Shown: positions 38,202-48,757 of the stretch, piece after piece | Layout: each line of letters begins with the position of its first letter | Position numbering within the stretch: the stretch's first letter is position 1 | Source: Alphaproteobacteria bacterium | GTDB lineage: Bacteria > Pseudomonadota > Alphaproteobacteria > TMED109 | Assembly (NCBI GenBank): GCA_965203385.1 | Contig: OZ241893.1 | Coordinates: 269,986 to 333,985 of the forward strand | Reading direction: 5' to 3' | DNA: 64,000 bases | Position numbers and translations under genes: made by a program | Notes under the pieces: generated by a model | What the model was told of the DNA's origin: nothing | Database searches by the model: none | Seen by the model: only the letters and a program-made list of their open reading frames with translations

Positions 38202-39194
38202 CTATTCCCACTCCAGTTCCGCAAAGCTGGCTGTGACGTTGCGAGGATGATCTTCGTCGAACCGTTCCCATTTCCCCTTCTCTTCCGCCGCCACCCAGCC
38301 GATCGCGTGCTTGATCGTTCCTCCTGACTCGATTTCGCTGCGCACGTCCCGCAGGAGCGCCCGCAGGTACCGCTCCTGTCCGGCAAGCGCGTCCGGCCAG
38401 GCTACCGACACGGGACCGTGACCGGGAACGACCCGAACCGCCTCTATGGACCGAAGTTGCTCCATGACGCCCAGCCACCCCTTGAGGCTGCCATCCACCA
38501 CGGGCAGCCGATCGACAAACACGAGGTCGCCGGCGAACAGCGTACCGGTCTGCCGATCGAGGATCGTCAGATCGTTGTCGGTATGGGCGGTCCCATGAGC
38601 CTTCACGTCCAGTATGCGCCCGCCGAGGTCCAGATGAAGCACGTCGGTTACTGTGAGCGTCGGCGATACGATCCGGGTCCCGGCAAAGCTCGGTCCGATA
38701 TCGCGCCGGCCTGCTTCAAGGTAATGTGTGGCCCGTGCCCCCAACGCGGCGCCAAGCCGGCGATGACCGACGATTTCCACCTCGTCGCCGGCAAAGGCGG
38801 CGTTCCCCAGTACATGATCCGGATGCATGTGCGTGTTGATGACGTATCTCACCGGCAGGTCCGTGACCTCTCCCACGGCCTTGCGCAGCAATCGTCCGAA
38901 CCCGTGGCTGCCGCCCGTATCAATGAGCGCCACCGCCTCGGGGCCGACCACTACCCCCAGGTTGCCGACCGCGCCCAGGTTCCGGTCACTCGCCTCGGCA
39001 TGTGGACCGGCATAGACATAGATGCCCTCCGCCACTGGCACCAACCGAATCGGTTCCGTGGCAGCCGCGGATGCAGCGGCGGCGCACCACCCGGCCGTTA
39101 CCGCCAGCAGCCAGACGGCCAGACCGCCAACACACAACGATGATGTCCGCCAACCGACGGACGGGAGACCTTCGCAAGAGATGGGTTTCGACAA
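38202..39194 (-). CDS. metallo-beta-lactamase-fold protein (quinoprotein relay system zinc metallohydrolase-like)
   Basis: 330 aa. The HMHPDH motif sits inside VINTHMHPDHVLGN. There is an N-terminal hydrophobic segment. The start codon is uncertain. Confidence 0.65.
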   Translation of the reverse strand: MSKPISCEGLPSVGWRTSSLCVGGLAVWLLAVTAGWCAAAASAAATEPIRLVPVAEGIYVYAGPHAEASDRNLGAVGNLGVVVGPEAVALIDTGGSHGFGRLLRKAVGEVTDLPVRYVINTHMHPDHVLGNAAFAGDEVEIVGHRRLGAALGARATHYLEAGRRDIGPSFAGTRIVSPTLTVTDVLHLDLGGRILDVKAHGTAHTDNDLTILDRQTGTLFAGDLVFVDRLPVVDGSLKGWLGVMEQLRSIEAVRVVPGHGPVSVAWPDALAGQERYLRALLRDVRSEIESGGTIKHAIGWVAAEEKGKWERFDEDHPRNVTASFAELEWE

Positions 39195-39750
39195 CGCGGC
39201 GAACTCCGCTCGGACCGGGTTCCGCGGTGGAAGACGACAACCGACCCGGTCTGGTCCGGCCGCCCGGATGACAATGTCCGGGCACGGCCCGATCCGACCG
39301 GACGAGGCGCCGGACCCGCCAGCGAGTGTCGGTCATGCCCGCAACTGTCGTATCAGAGCGGCGGGAGAAGTTCCAGCCAGGCGCTTCCGCGGAATCCCGG
39401 TGCGGGCAAGTTTCGTTTGGCAGCGCCCTGGCAGCGCCGGCCTGCCCGGCGCTGCGACGGGCATTACGGGTACGTGCCTGAATCCAAACTCCCGGCACCA
39501 GGTCTCCCGGGCTCTTGATCAGGCGCCTTTCTGCTTCCCGCCACCATCCAGGGCGGGCAGGAAACCACCTCAGCAAGGCGAAGTTCGATGCGCACGGTCA
39601 AGGGAGCCGGACTCCGTCCCGTGTCTGCCGTCGACCCCGGACGCGACTCGATGCCCACCCCCCGCCAACCGTGCCAGTGGAACCTGCCCGCACGAGGCGT
39701 CCGGACGGCACCCGATCGGAAATTCCGGGCGGCCATCCCTGCCGGTTTCC

Positions 39751-40359
39751 GTGCGGTTCCTCCGTACTTCTTTCGGCGGTCCGGTGGCCGCAAGCTGCCT
39801 GATGCTCGCCGCCGCTTTGGCGCTGTTCGCTCCGGCGACAGGGTCGGCCGATCAGCACCCGTGTGTACCGGAAGAACCCCGAAGCTACCGCACGTCCGAG
39901 TTCCGGTCCCCCGTACCCTGCTCGTTGGCCGGGGCCACCGTGATCACAACCGAGGCGCTCGGCTCCCTGATCGACCGGGAAGCCCCCTTGCTGGTGGACG
40001 TGTTTCCGGCCCCCCGGCCGCCGGTCGGAGTGGACAGCGCGGATCATCTGTGGTTCCCGCCCAGCCGGCGGAGCCTGCCGTCGACCACCTGGCTGCCGAA
40101 CGTCGGCCTCGGAATCCTGCCGGTGGAGGAGGAGAACTACTTCCGTGCCAACCTGGAACGTCTCACCCGCGGTGACCGTACCCGAACCATCGTGTTCTTC
40201 TGCCTCCGGGATTGCTGGATGTCCTGGAACGCGGCACGGCGGGCGGTGAGTTGGAGCTACTCGGCTGTAGTTTGGTATCCGGAAGGCACCGACGGATGGG
40301 AAGCAGCAGGGCACGAATTGACCGAGGTGTGGCCGGTCGAACGGGCCGCCGGGCAATAG
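39751..40359 (+). CDS. PQQ-dependent catabolism-associated CXXCW-motif (rhodanese-like) protein
   Basis: C-terminal 203 codons of ORF 39022..40359, starting at the GTG at 39751. A signal-like segment is followed by FFCLRDCWMSWNAA (CxxCW). The upstream 243 codons look non-coding. Confidence 0.6.
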   Translation: MRFLRTSFGGPVAASCLMLAAALALFAPATGSADQHPCVPEEPRSYRTSEFRSPVPCSLAGATVITTEALGSLIDREAPLLVDVFPAPRPPVGVDSADHLWFPPSRRSLPSTTWLPNVGLGILPVEEENYFRANLERLTRGDRTRTIVFFCLRDCWMSWNAARRAVSWSYSAVVWYPEGTDGWEAAGHELTEVWPVERAAGQ

Positions 40360-40588
40360 GAGTGGTGCGCACCGGTGACGATGCGGAGGAAGCGGCGGAC
40401 AGCATGCACCCCCAGGGTAACGAACCGCTCGGTGTGCCAATCGGACCATGCGACCCGATCAGGGCTCGGGCCGACGGGATGCGGATATGACGGCCGTCCG
40501 AAACGACGACCACGAGAAGCAGTTCGCCGCGACGCGACCGATGTCTCAGCTTGCGGCGCACTGCCCGCCATGCCGAAAGGAAGAAGCA

Positions 40589-40870
40589 ATGAGTACTTTT
40601 GGAGAAGACCTGATCCAGTCCCTCAACGAGGCCCTTGCCCACATCGAGGACAAAGGCCCTGCCATCGTGCATGCACCGGTAACGCCGCGCGAGGTCCGCA
40701 AGCAGGCGAAACTGACCCAGGCGCAGATGGCGCCGCTGGTCGGAATGAGCCTGTCCGGCTATCGCAAGCGGGAACAGGGAACGCGCCGGATCAGCGGCCC
40801 GGCGGCGGCGCTTCTGCGCGTGATCCAGAAAGAGCCGGCAGCCGTGAAGCGGGCGTTACTGTCTGCGTAA
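40589..40870 (+). CDS. XRE/MqsA-like helix-turn-helix protein (antitoxin-like), no recognisable partner
   Basis: The ATG at 40589 is preceded by AAAGGAAG. LTQAQMAPLVGMSLSGYRKREQGTRRISGPAAALLRVI is the HTH. Confidence 0.65.
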   Translation: MSTFGEDLIQSLNEALAHIEDKGPAIVHAPVTPREVRKQAKLTQAQMAPLVGMSLSGYRKREQGTRRISGPAAALLRVIQKEPAAVKRALLSA

Positions 40871-41148
40871 TCCAGAGCCTGGACTTATTCGCTGTAACCC
40901 ACCGATACCATAACCGTTCGGTCGTGCAGTGATGGGGCGGTTTTCGCCCCCGGATTATTCCTTCTGGCTGAACTACGGGGACGGCAGGATCGAATGCCAT
41001 CACACCAGAACCGAACGCCTGCCACAGTTTTGTTGCTGTGTAAATTCCTGTCCAGCATGAGAAACCGCCGACCGCAGTTTTCCAATTTACATGCCCAAGC
41101 GGGGTGAGCGGCCTGACCCAATCATGAACGTTTGGTACGAAATCCGGA

Positions 41149-41757
41149 CTAGCGGCGGGCGGCCAGCCGCTCAATGAGAATCCGGTCCAGCAGATAGTTC
41201 GTGGCATGTCGCCATGACCGTTCATTGTTGCCCCGCAAATCCACGAACGCATGGGCTACCGGGTGTCCGGTCTCGACCTCCACCACCACCACATTGAGAT
41301 TGAGAATGAGGTTGCTGACGAGTTGTACCCACCCGATCAGCACCCAGTCTGCCGAAAGATCCCGTGCGATATCCCGTTCACAGCCGTTGCACATGTGCAG
41401 GCGCTGGAGGGGGTTCGCCTGGCGGATGGCCGCCCTGGTCGCGTCGGCGGTCACGACATCGTAACCTTCAGCCCGCAACCGGGTACGGATCGTATCGGCC
41501 ACCAGATCCAGCCGCTGCTGTTCGGAAGCCGTGATCAAATGCGCGTCAGGAAAGTAGTCGGCCTTCAGTAGTTCGATCTCCAGCACGGCCACGCGAGGCG
41601 GGGAGCCGGCGGCCTGCAGGCTGACCGGAAACAGGACAGCGACGGCAGCCAGGCAGGCGAACTGCCATCGTGCTCGCCGGCATCCTAACGTCAGGGGCTG
41701 GCCGCCTTTCCGCGACGGCCATTGATCACGCCCGGCAGTGGAAGGAATGACTATCAT
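41149..41757 (-). CDS. hypothetical periplasmic protein in the quinoprotein cluster
   Basis: 202-aa ORF with an internal hydrophobic signal-like segment (FACLAAVAVLFPVSLQAAG). The start is uncertain and the family is not confidently recognised. Confidence 0.45.
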   Translation of the reverse strand: MIVIPSTAGRDQWPSRKGGQPLTLGCRRARWQFACLAAVAVLFPVSLQAAGSPPRVAVLEIELLKADYFPDAHLITASEQQRLDLVADTIRTRLRAEGYDVVTADATRAAIRQANPLQRLHMCNGCERDIARDLSADWVLIGWVQLVSNLILNLNVVVVEVETGHPVAHAFVDLRGNNERSWRHATNYLLDRILIERLAARR

Positions 41758-41790
41758 GAGGAATGATCCGTGACTGGGGGAAGCTTCAGG

Positions 41791-42180
41791 ATGAAAACGA
41801 TGTCACCCCTGCCGGCGGTGGTTGCGGCCGTGGTCGCGGGAACTGGAGCCGGAAGTGCATCCGCCAATGATTTTCCCACGCAGGCGCGCGTCGAGTTCGT
41901 CCTTGCCTGCATGGGCCAGCAGGGCGGGCAAAGCTATGACACACTCTATCCGTGCGTCTGCATGGTGGACCGAATCGCATCGCAGACCTCCTTTCAGGAC
42001 TATACCGCAGCGGAAACCCTGAGCTTTCTGTACTCCACGCCCGGAGAGCGCGGCGGCATCTTTCGGGATGCGGCACCGGATGCCCGGTCCCGCGTCGAAC
42101 AGTTCCGCGCCCTGCACCAGGAGGCGGCCGCCGCCTGCTTCATCTCCCGGCAGGAGAACCGGGAAGAGGGTGCCGGCTGA
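41791..42180 (+). CDS. hypothetical periplasmic protein
   Basis: MKTMSPLPAVVAAVVAGTGAGSASA is a signal peptide. The protein has several Cys residues. The ATG at 41791 lies in ORF 41770..42180. Confidence 0.5.
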   Translation: MKTMSPLPAVVAAVVAGTGAGSASANDFPTQARVEFVLACMGQQGGQSYDTLYPCVCMVDRIASQTSFQDYTAAETLSFLYSTPGERGGIFRDAAPDARSRVEQFRALHQEAAAACFISRQENREEGAG

Positions 42181-42572
42181 GCACGAACCGCCCGTGCCCT
42201 GCAAGCACGAATCGGCTTGACGGAATTCGCGCCGTCGGGGCATCCATCAGTGTAACAACCGGGCAAGCACGGGCGACGGACTTCGGCCGCAGACAGCGGG
42301 GGAGCGCTTTCCAGTGACGGCGATCGAAACCCGACGGGGCAATCGTCCAGAAAGTGCAACCGTTCATTGTGAATCGATCATTCTGCACCCTGCGTCGTGC
42401 ATCTTGCTCCCGAACGTGCTTGAATAGTCAAGCTGACGACTCGCCGACCGCATTCGGACGGGGTGCGACACAACGGTCAGCATGACGGGCACGTTCGCCA
42501 TCCCGGGGACGATCACGCAACAAGCTCCCGGAAGCCGCGAATTTGCCGAACGTTACAGAGGGGAAACCAGCA

Positions 42573-44381
42573 ATGATGAATCGATTCCTGCTTGTCGCTG
42601 CCGTCGCCATGGGCACGCTGCTTGCGTTGCCGCATGCCGGGGTGGCGAATGACGACGTCAAGTCGCTCTCCAGCAATGTGAACAACTGGGCCATGTGGGG
42701 CCGTACCTACGACGGCACCCGCTATAGCCCGCTGTCCCAGATCAACGCCGACAACGTGGGCGATCTCCAGGTTGCGTGGACCTTCTCCACCGGCGTGCTG
42801 AGGGGACACGAAGGCGGGCCGCTGGTCATCGGCGACACCATGTTCGTTCATACTCCGTTCCCCAACAAGGTATTCTCCATCAACCTCGCCGACCAGACGA
42901 TCAACTGGTCCTACGTTCCGGTCCAGGATGCCGCCGCCACCATCCCGGTGATGTGCTGCGATACGGTCTACCGGGGCCTGGCCTACGCCGAGGGCAAGAT
43001 CTTCCTGCAGCAGGCCGATACCACCTTGGTGGCGCTGGATGCCAACACCGGCAAGGTGATCTGGAGCGTGGTGAACGGTGATCCGTCTGCCGGCTCGACC
43101 AACACCAACGCCCCGATCGTGGTCAACGACAAGGTCTACACGGGCATCAGCGGCGGCGAGTTCGGGGTTCGCGGTTTCCTGGCCGCCTACAACATCAATG
43201 ACGGAAGCCTTGCCTGGAAGGCGTACAGCACGGGCCCCGACGACGAGATGCTTGTGGACCCGGACAAGACCACCCAGATGCTCAAACCGGTAGGACCCAA
43301 TTCCAGCCTGGATTCCTGGGAAGGCGACCAGTGGAAAATCGGCGGCGGGACGACCTGGGGCTGGTTCACCTACGATCCGGATCTCAACCTCGTCTATTAC
43401 GGGACCGGAAACCCGAGCACGTGGAACCCGGTCGTCCGTCCGGGGGACAACCGGTGGTCGATGACCATCTTCGCCCGCGATGCTGACACCGGCATGGCCC
43501 GCTGGGTCTACCAGATGACCCCGCACGATGAATGGGACTACGACGGCGTCAACGAGGGCATCCTGGCTGACATCGAGATCGACGGAAAGATGCGGAACGT
43601 GCTGGTGCACTTCGACCGCAACGGCTTCGCCTACACCCTCGACCGGGCAACAGGGGAACTGCTGGTGGCCGAAAAGTACGACCCGGCAGTCAACTGGGCG
43701 ACGCATGTCGACATGGAGACGGGCCGACCGCAGGTGGTACCCCAGTACAGCACCCGCCATCAGGGTGAGGACGTCAACACCGAGGACATCTGCCCGGCCG
43801 CGCTCGGAACCAAGGACCAGCAGCCGGCCGCGTTCTCGCCGCGAACCGGTCTGTTCTACGTGCCGACCAATCACGTGTGCATGGACTACGAACCCTTCCG
43901 CGTGGAATACGTCTCAGGCCAGCCGTACGTCGGCGCGACGCTGAGCATGTTCCCGGCCGGACAGGTGACGGGTGACGGGACCAGCCACCTCGGCAACTTC
44001 ATCGCCTGGGATGCCGCCAAGGGTGAGATCGTGTGGTCCCTGCCGGAACCGTTCTCGGTCTGGAGCGGCGCCCTGGCGACCGGCGGTGACGTCGTGTTCT
44101 ACGGAACCCTGGACGGCCACCTGAAGGCGGTCGACGCTCACACCGGGGAGCAGCTTTACAGCTTCAAGACCCCGTCGGGCATCATCGGCAACGTGAACAC
44201 GTGGACGTTCGACGGCAAGCAGTACATCGGTGTGCTGTCGGGCGTGGGCGGATGGGCCGGCATCGGCATGGCCGCCGGCCTCGAGGGAGACACTGACGGA
44301 CTGGGAGCCGTCGGCGCCTACCGCGGCCTGAATCAGCACACGCAACTCGGCGGGGTGCTGACCGTGTTCGCTCTCCCGTAA
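42573..44381 (+). CDS. xoxF: PQQ-dependent methanol/ethanol dehydrogenase, XoxF (lanthanide) type
   Basis: The ATG at 42573 follows AGAGGGGA. It has a signal peptide, the vicinal CC in [12 protein letters not shown]-repeat propeller motifs, and [12 protein letters not shown] carrying the extra Asp typical of Ln-dependent enzymes. Confidence 0.85.
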   Translation: MMNRFLLVAAVAMGTLLALPHAGVANDDVKSLSSNVNNWAMWGRTYDGTRYSPLSQINADNVGDLQVAWTFSTGVLRGHEGGPLVIGDTMFVHTPFPNKVFSINLADQTINWSYVPVQDAAATIPVMCCDTVYRGLAYAEGKIFLQQADTTLVALDANTGKVIWSVVNGDPSAGSTNTNAPIVVNDKVYTGISGGEFGVRGFLAAYNINDGSLAWKAYSTGPDDEMLVDPDKTTQMLKPVGPNSSLDSWEGDQWKIGGGTTWGWFTYDPDLNLVYYGTGNPSTWNPVVRPGDNRWSMTIFARDADTGMARWVYQMTPHDEWDYDGVNEGILADIEIDGKMRNVLVHFDRNGFAYTLDRATGELLVAEKYDPAVNWATHVDMETGRPQVVPQYSTRHQGEDVNTEDICPAALGTKDQQPAAFSPRTGLFYVPTNHVCMDYEPFRVEYVSGQPYVGATLSMFPAGQVTGDGTSHLGNFIAWDAAKGEIVWSLPEPFSVWSGALATGGDVVFYGTLDGHLKAVDAHTGEQLYSFKTPSGIIGNVNTWTFDGKQYIGVLSGVGGWAGIGMAAGLEGDTDGLGAVGAYRGLNQHTQLGGVLTVFALP

Positions 44382-44548
44382 CCCGGACTCGCGACCGGCA
44401 GCCCCATTGCGCGGCTGCCGGTCGTCCATCCCGTTGACCGGTTGCGGCGTGACCGCCGCAACCGGTCTCTTTGTCTCGACCATTTCGGCAGCATTGGCAC
44501 GGGCCGGGTTGTCTCCCCTGTGCGCCCTTGCCGCAAAGGGAACAAATT

Positions 44549-44995
44549 TTGCGAGAGAACGCTTGCATCGGGCGCGCCTGCAACAGGATCATCGTCGTCT
44601 TGTTCGCCGTCCTGACCGCCTTCACGGCAGCGGCGGCCGAACCCCCGCCCTACGAGGGCCATATCCAGTGCGAGATCGAATCGGATCCGGGCACCTGCCG
44701 AATCGATCTCTGGCTGACCCGGGGCTACCGGGCCTTCAGCCAGTGCCAGGTCTGTCACGGCCTGACCGGCGACGGCAGCACTATCGGACCGAGCCTGGTA
44801 CAGAAACTTCAGGAAATCGATCTGGATCGTTTTCTGGAAGTCGTGGTGAACGGCTATGAGGGGCAGATCGGCGTGATGCCGGGCTGGGGAACCAACCCCA
44901 ACGTGATGAACTACATCGATCAGCTGTACGCCTATCTCAAGGCTCGCTCGGACGGCGTCCTGCCGCCCGGCCGGCTGAAACGGTACGACCGGTGA
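44549..44995 (+). CDS. xoxG: c-type cytochrome (XoxG-like)
   Basis: CQVCH haem-binding motif and a signal-like segment IIVVLFAVLTAFTAAAA. The candidate TTG start at 44549 follows AAGGGA. The ORF-track start at 44471 is also possible. Confidence 0.6.
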   Translation: MRENACIGRACNRIIVVLFAVLTAFTAAAAEPPPYEGHIQCEIESDPGTCRIDLWLTRGYRAFSQCQVCHGLTGDGSTIGPSLVQKLQEIDLDRFLEVVVNGYEGQIGVMPGWGTNPNVMNYIDQLYAYLKARSDGVLPPGRLKRYDR

Positions 44996-45846
44996 TCCGG
45001 CGCTGGGCGTTGGCACTGGCCGTTGCCGCCGGCGCCTGGGCTCTCACCGGAACTGCCGGCGCCGACGACCGCGCTGCCTTCAGGGTCTGCGCGGATGCCA
45101 ACTACCTCCCCTGGTCGAACGAGGCCCAGGCGGGTTTCGAAAATCGCATCGCCTCCCTCCTGGCCGGTCAACTTGGCTTGCCGGTTGCCTATACTTGGTT
45201 CCCGCAGCGGTTGGGTTTCATTCGCAATACCCTCCGTGCGCAAGACCCTGGCGGTTCGTACAGATGCGACGTCGTGATGGGAGTCCCGCACGGATACGAA
45301 CTGACCGACACCACGGATCCCTACTATCATTCCACGTATGCCGTGGTATTCGTCGAGGGACGGGGTCTTGACTCGATCCGCTCGGCATCGGATCTCGCAA
45401 CGCTTGGCCTGGACCTGCGACGGACAGTCCGCTTCGGTCTGGCCGAACGCAACCCCGGGACGCTATGGCTGGCCAAGTACGACATGCTGGATCGCCTGAC
45501 CAGGGCCTATCCGTCACAATACGGGGACCCGGGCCTGCGCCCCACCCAGTTGGAACAGGAGGATCTGCTGGCCGGCAAGATTGATCTCACGTTCCTGTGG
45601 GGTCCGATCGCCGGACACTTTGCGCAGAGTCATCCGGACGTTCCGATTCGGGTGATCCCGTTGGAATCGGAACCCGGCCTGCGGTTCCATTTCGGCATCT
45701 CCGTCGGCGTCCGCTACGGAAACCGGGACTGGAAGGAACAGTTGCAGAACCTGCTGGATGACCATGCGGTGGCGGTGGAGGCGATCCTGCGCGACCACGG
45801 CGTACCGCTGGTCGACGCCGGCGGACGTCTGCTCGAGGCTCGTTGA
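44992..45846 (+). CDS. xoxJ: quinoprotein dehydrogenase-associated periplasmic substrate-binding-like protein (XoxJ/MoxJ-like)
   Basis: 284 aa with a signal peptide and FRVCADANYLPWSN. It overlaps the xoxG stop. Confidence 0.65.
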   Translation: MIRRWALALAVAAGAWALTGTAGADDRAAFRVCADANYLPWSNEAQAGFENRIASLLAGQLGLPVAYTWFPQRLGFIRNTLRAQDPGGSYRCDVVMGVPHGYELTDTTDPYYHSTYAVVFVEGRGLDSIRSASDLATLGLDLRRTVRFGLAERNPGTLWLAKYDMLDRLTRAYPSQYGDPGLRPTQLEQEDLLAGKIDLTFLWGPIAGHFAQSHPDVPIRVIPLESEPGLRFHFGISVGVRYGNRDWKEQLQNLLDDHAVAVEAILRDHGVPLVDAGGRLLEAR

Positions 45847-45892
45847 CGGCGGCCCCGCACGGAGCCGACCGCCTGCCCGGAAGGCCGCGCCT

Positions 45893-47182
45893 CTAGCGCA
45901 GCAGTCCAGCGAGGCCGGACGCCGGCCCGCCGCCGTCCAGTGCCCGCACCGCCCGGATCATCGGGTCGGGATCCGCTCCGCCGAAAGCCAGGAGCCTGCG
46001 CGCCTTCGCCTCGAGCCGGTCCGGAGAGAGCGGTGCATCCGGGTCCCCGAGAGCATGCTCCCGAGAGGCCCCGAGAATCCGTCCATCGGCCAGCACGATC
46101 CGGACCGTCGCGCCCCAGGCACCGGGATAGGCCTCGTCGTATGGAGAACCGGACGCCAGGCTGACCCGGCCGGCAAGGTCACGGTGGCGCTTCCGGGCTG
46201 TCTCCTCGAAACTGGAAAAACCGATGTCCCGGTCCGCCAGCCCCGCCGCAACACAGTGCTGCAGGGAGAACTTGGCCTCGTATTCCGTCGTCGGGCACTG
46301 ATTGTCACAGACGTCGATCGCGGCCGGGTAGGTCTGCACCTCGACCCGCTCCAGATACTCCGCCTGAGGCGCAAGTTCCAGGGCCGCATCGATCGCCGGA
46401 TGGGTATGCCGGCAACAGGGCCAGGGCTTGATGGAAGTCCGGTGCAACTGCCAGGGATCCTCCGGGGCCCGAAGCACCGCCGCAGGATCCGCGTCGGGGC
46501 AGGCGGCGGCAAAGAAGCCCCGCGCGCCTTCGAGAATCGCCGGCGCACCGGTGAATCCGCGGGTCGCGAGCTCGGCGGCGACGACACCCGCCTCCGCGGC
46601 CCGTCCGGCGTGAAGATGCTTGCTCATGGCGCCGGAAGCGATGAACTCCCACAGACCGGCCGACTGGGTTCCGGCGTTGCCGAGCGCATGCACCATCTCT
46701 TCGGGGCCGAGCCCCAGAATGCTCCCGGCCGCATAGGCAGAGCCGAAGGGCCCGCAGGTCGCCGTGTTGTGCCAGGTCCGGTAATGCGCGGGTCCGACCG
46801 CGGCACCGATGCGGCACATGGCCTCGAATCCCTTGAGTACCGCCGTGAGGAAGGTTCGCCCATCGACGTTCTCGGATCGGGCGACCGCACAGGCCGCCGG
46901 TACCACCACGCAGCCGGGATGCGTCACTGATTCCCGGTGCAGGTCGTCGACTTCGAGGATATGGGTCAGCGCACCCAGCCGGAATGCTTCCCGGCCCGGG
47001 TCTCGGCCGGCGTTTGCCGCCCAGGCCCGGATGATCTGCCCGGGCTTCGTCGCCCCTCCGGCTTGCGTATTGGCCAGGGCATCCAGTACAAGGCGGGCAG
47101 CCTGTTCGAGGTCGGCGTCGGTGACCGGCCTGGCCTCGATGTACTGCACCAGTCGTTCGGTAAGCGTGGACATTCTCGCCAA
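45893..47182 (-). CDS. MmgE/PrpD family protein
   Basis: 429 aa with the typical PrpD-fold sequence (ALANTQAGG...HILEVDDLH...HPGCVVVPA). Confidence 0.75.
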   Translation of the reverse strand: MARMSTLTERLVQYIEARPVTDADLEQAARLVLDALANTQAGGATKPGQIIRAWAANAGRDPGREAFRLGALTHILEVDDLHRESVTHPGCVVVPAACAVARSENVDGRTFLTAVLKGFEAMCRIGAAVGPAHYRTWHNTATCGPFGSAYAAGSILGLGPEEMVHALGNAGTQSAGLWEFIASGAMSKHLHAGRAAEAGVVAAELATRGFTGAPAILEGARGFFAAACPDADPAAVLRAPEDPWQLHRTSIKPWPCCRHTHPAIDAALELAPQAEYLERVEVQTYPAAIDVCDNQCPTTEYEAKFSLQHCVAAGLADRDIGFSSFEETARKRHRDLAGRVSLASGSPYDEAYPGAWGATVRIVLADGRILGASREHALGDPDAPLSPDRLEAKARRLLAFGGADPDPMIRAVRALDGGGPASGLAGLLR

Positions 47183-47262
47183 TCCTCGAGAGCCTCTCTT
47201 TTTGTCAAGGGCGGGCGGTCAGTATAGGCGCCCCCTTTTCCCTGCACTTCGGATGAGCACAC

Positions 47263-47871
47263 ATGACCCAGCGGGTGGAATTCTATTTCGACGTCGGAAG
47301 CCCCAGCGCCTATCTCGCGTGGTCGCAGTTGCCGGCGATTGCCCGGGACTCCGGTGCCCGGATCGAGTATCTCCCGGTGCTCCTCGGAGGAATCTTCAAG
47401 GCGACCGGCAACGCTTCTCCCGCCGAGGTTCCGGCGAAAGGCCGCTACCTGGCGGTCGATCTCGCCCGGTTCGCACACCGGTACGGCGTACCGCTGGTCT
47501 ACAACGATGCCTTCCCGATCAACACCATCGGCCTGATGCGGGGGGCAGTGGCGGCCGGCCAGACCGGTCAGCTCGAATCCTATCTCGACGTGATTTTCCC
47601 GGCGTTCTGGGAACACAACGTGGACCTCGGCAAGCCGGACGAGGTGGGCCGGTGCCTGGAGGCTGGCGGGCTGGACGCCGATTACCTGCTGCGGCGTGCC
47701 CGGGAAGACGACGTCAAGCTGGAACTCCGCGAGCGCTCGGATGCCGCCGTGGAACGCGGACTGTTCGGGATTCCGACCATGTTCATCGGGTCGGAGATGT
47801 TCTTCGGTCAGGACCGCCTGGAGTTTGTCCGCGAGGCTCTGCAGGGGGGTGCGCGACTTGAAGAAGGATGA
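47263..47871 (+). CDS. 2-hydroxychromene-2-carboxylate isomerase-like DsbA-family protein
   Basis: 202 aa. VEFYFDVGSPSAYLA, FGIPTMFIG and FFGQDRLEFV are present. Confidence 0.75.
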   Translation: MTQRVEFYFDVGSPSAYLAWSQLPAIARDSGARIEYLPVLLGGIFKATGNASPAEVPAKGRYLAVDLARFAHRYGVPLVYNDAFPINTIGLMRGAVAAGQTGQLESYLDVIFPAFWEHNVDLGKPDEVGRCLEAGGLDADYLLRRAREDDVKLELRERSDAAVERGLFGIPTMFIGSEMFFGQDRLEFVREALQGGARLEEG

Positions 47872-47941
47872 AGTCAACCCCATCTGCTAAAATGAGCGGA
47901 GACAGGGTGGTACCTGTCCGTGCGACAGAAAGGGCTCGAGC

Positions 47942-48280
47942 ATGCAGAAGCCGACGGAAACCCGGGCGGAATTCGGGCTCGGTCAGGTCGTTCGCCACCG
48001 GGTCTACCCGTTTCGCGGCGTCGTCTTTGACGTGGACCCGGAATTCAACAACACCGAGGAGTGGTATCAGCAGATCCCGGAAGATCTCCGTCCTCGCAAG
48101 GACCAGCCGTTCTACCATCTGCTCGCGGAGAGCGAGGACGGACCGTACATTGCCTACGTGAGCCAGCAGAATCTGCTTCTGGACACGAGCCGTCAACCCT
48201 GCCTGCATCCGCAGATTCCGCGCTTGTTCGACGGGCCGGACCAGGGCCGCTACACACTCAAGGCCGAAAACGTCAACTGA
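47942..48280 (+). CDS. hspQ: heat shock protein HspQ (YccV-type hemimethylated-DNA-binding domain)
   Basis: 112 aa. FGLGQVVRHRVYPFRGVVFDVDPEF and QPFYHLLAE are present. Confidence 0.8.
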   Translation: MQKPTETRAEFGLGQVVRHRVYPFRGVVFDVDPEFNNTEEWYQQIPEDLRPRKDQPFYHLLAESEDGPYIAYVSQQNLLLDTSRQPCLHPQIPRLFDGPDQGRYTLKAENVN

Positions 48281-48282
48281 TC

Positions 48283-48332
48283 GGATACCGCTGGATACCG
48301 CTGGATACCGCTGGATACCGCTGGATACCGCT
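48283..48332. repeat. perfect tandem repeat (GGATACCGCT)x5
   Basis: Read directly. It starts 3 nt after the hspQ stop. It is followed by a 9-bp-stem inverted repeat (GCTCTCCCC ... GGGGAGAGC). Confidence 0.9.
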
Positions 48333-48757
48333 CTCCCCTGGCGCCAGTAACCGCCGGATGGGGGAGAGCGCAGTGGAAAGCGGGGAGGTTGAACGTGAGC
48401 CCCGGGCGGGGCAGATGTCTCCCAAGACAATGGGCAAGGGGATATCGCGAAGGGCGGGCGGCTGCGAATCATCCTGTGCCATGGCCGTTCCCGTTGGTCG
48501 GCTCCGGAGGAAATGGACTGCCGGGGCGCCACGGTTGGTGCGGAACTTCGCGCCATTCCATCCGCATCGGCACTGGCATGCCGTCAGATTCACGAAAGTC
48601 GCCCAGACTGACGAAAACCCTGGGCAATGAGAGCCTGAGACGGCCCTTTGCGGAAAGATTGAAACGGCCAGTCGTAAGGACATGATCTGGAATCGTTGGG
48701 ACTGGGTCTGAGTGATAAGCTCCGTCACTGGCGCACTTTCGGAGTGAGCAGTTACGG

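Noticed and set aside
39022-39750. The N-terminal 243 codons of the 445-aa ORF 39022..40359 as part of the CXXCW protein.
   Set aside because: The translation is Arg/Pro/Ala-rich without a recognisable domain and overlaps the MBL gene region on the other strand. A GTG at 39751 gives a normal signal peptide plus the mature domain.
40360-40588. A toxin partner upstream of the MqsA-like HTH gene at 40589.
   Set aside because: None of the three forward frames gives a RelE/HigB/other toxin-like sequence or a credible start. The HTH gene is treated as an orphan.
48283-48332. The tandem repeat as a CRISPR array.
   Set aside because: The 10-bp units are contiguous with no spacers and no cas genes are in the window. 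It is a simple tandem repeat.
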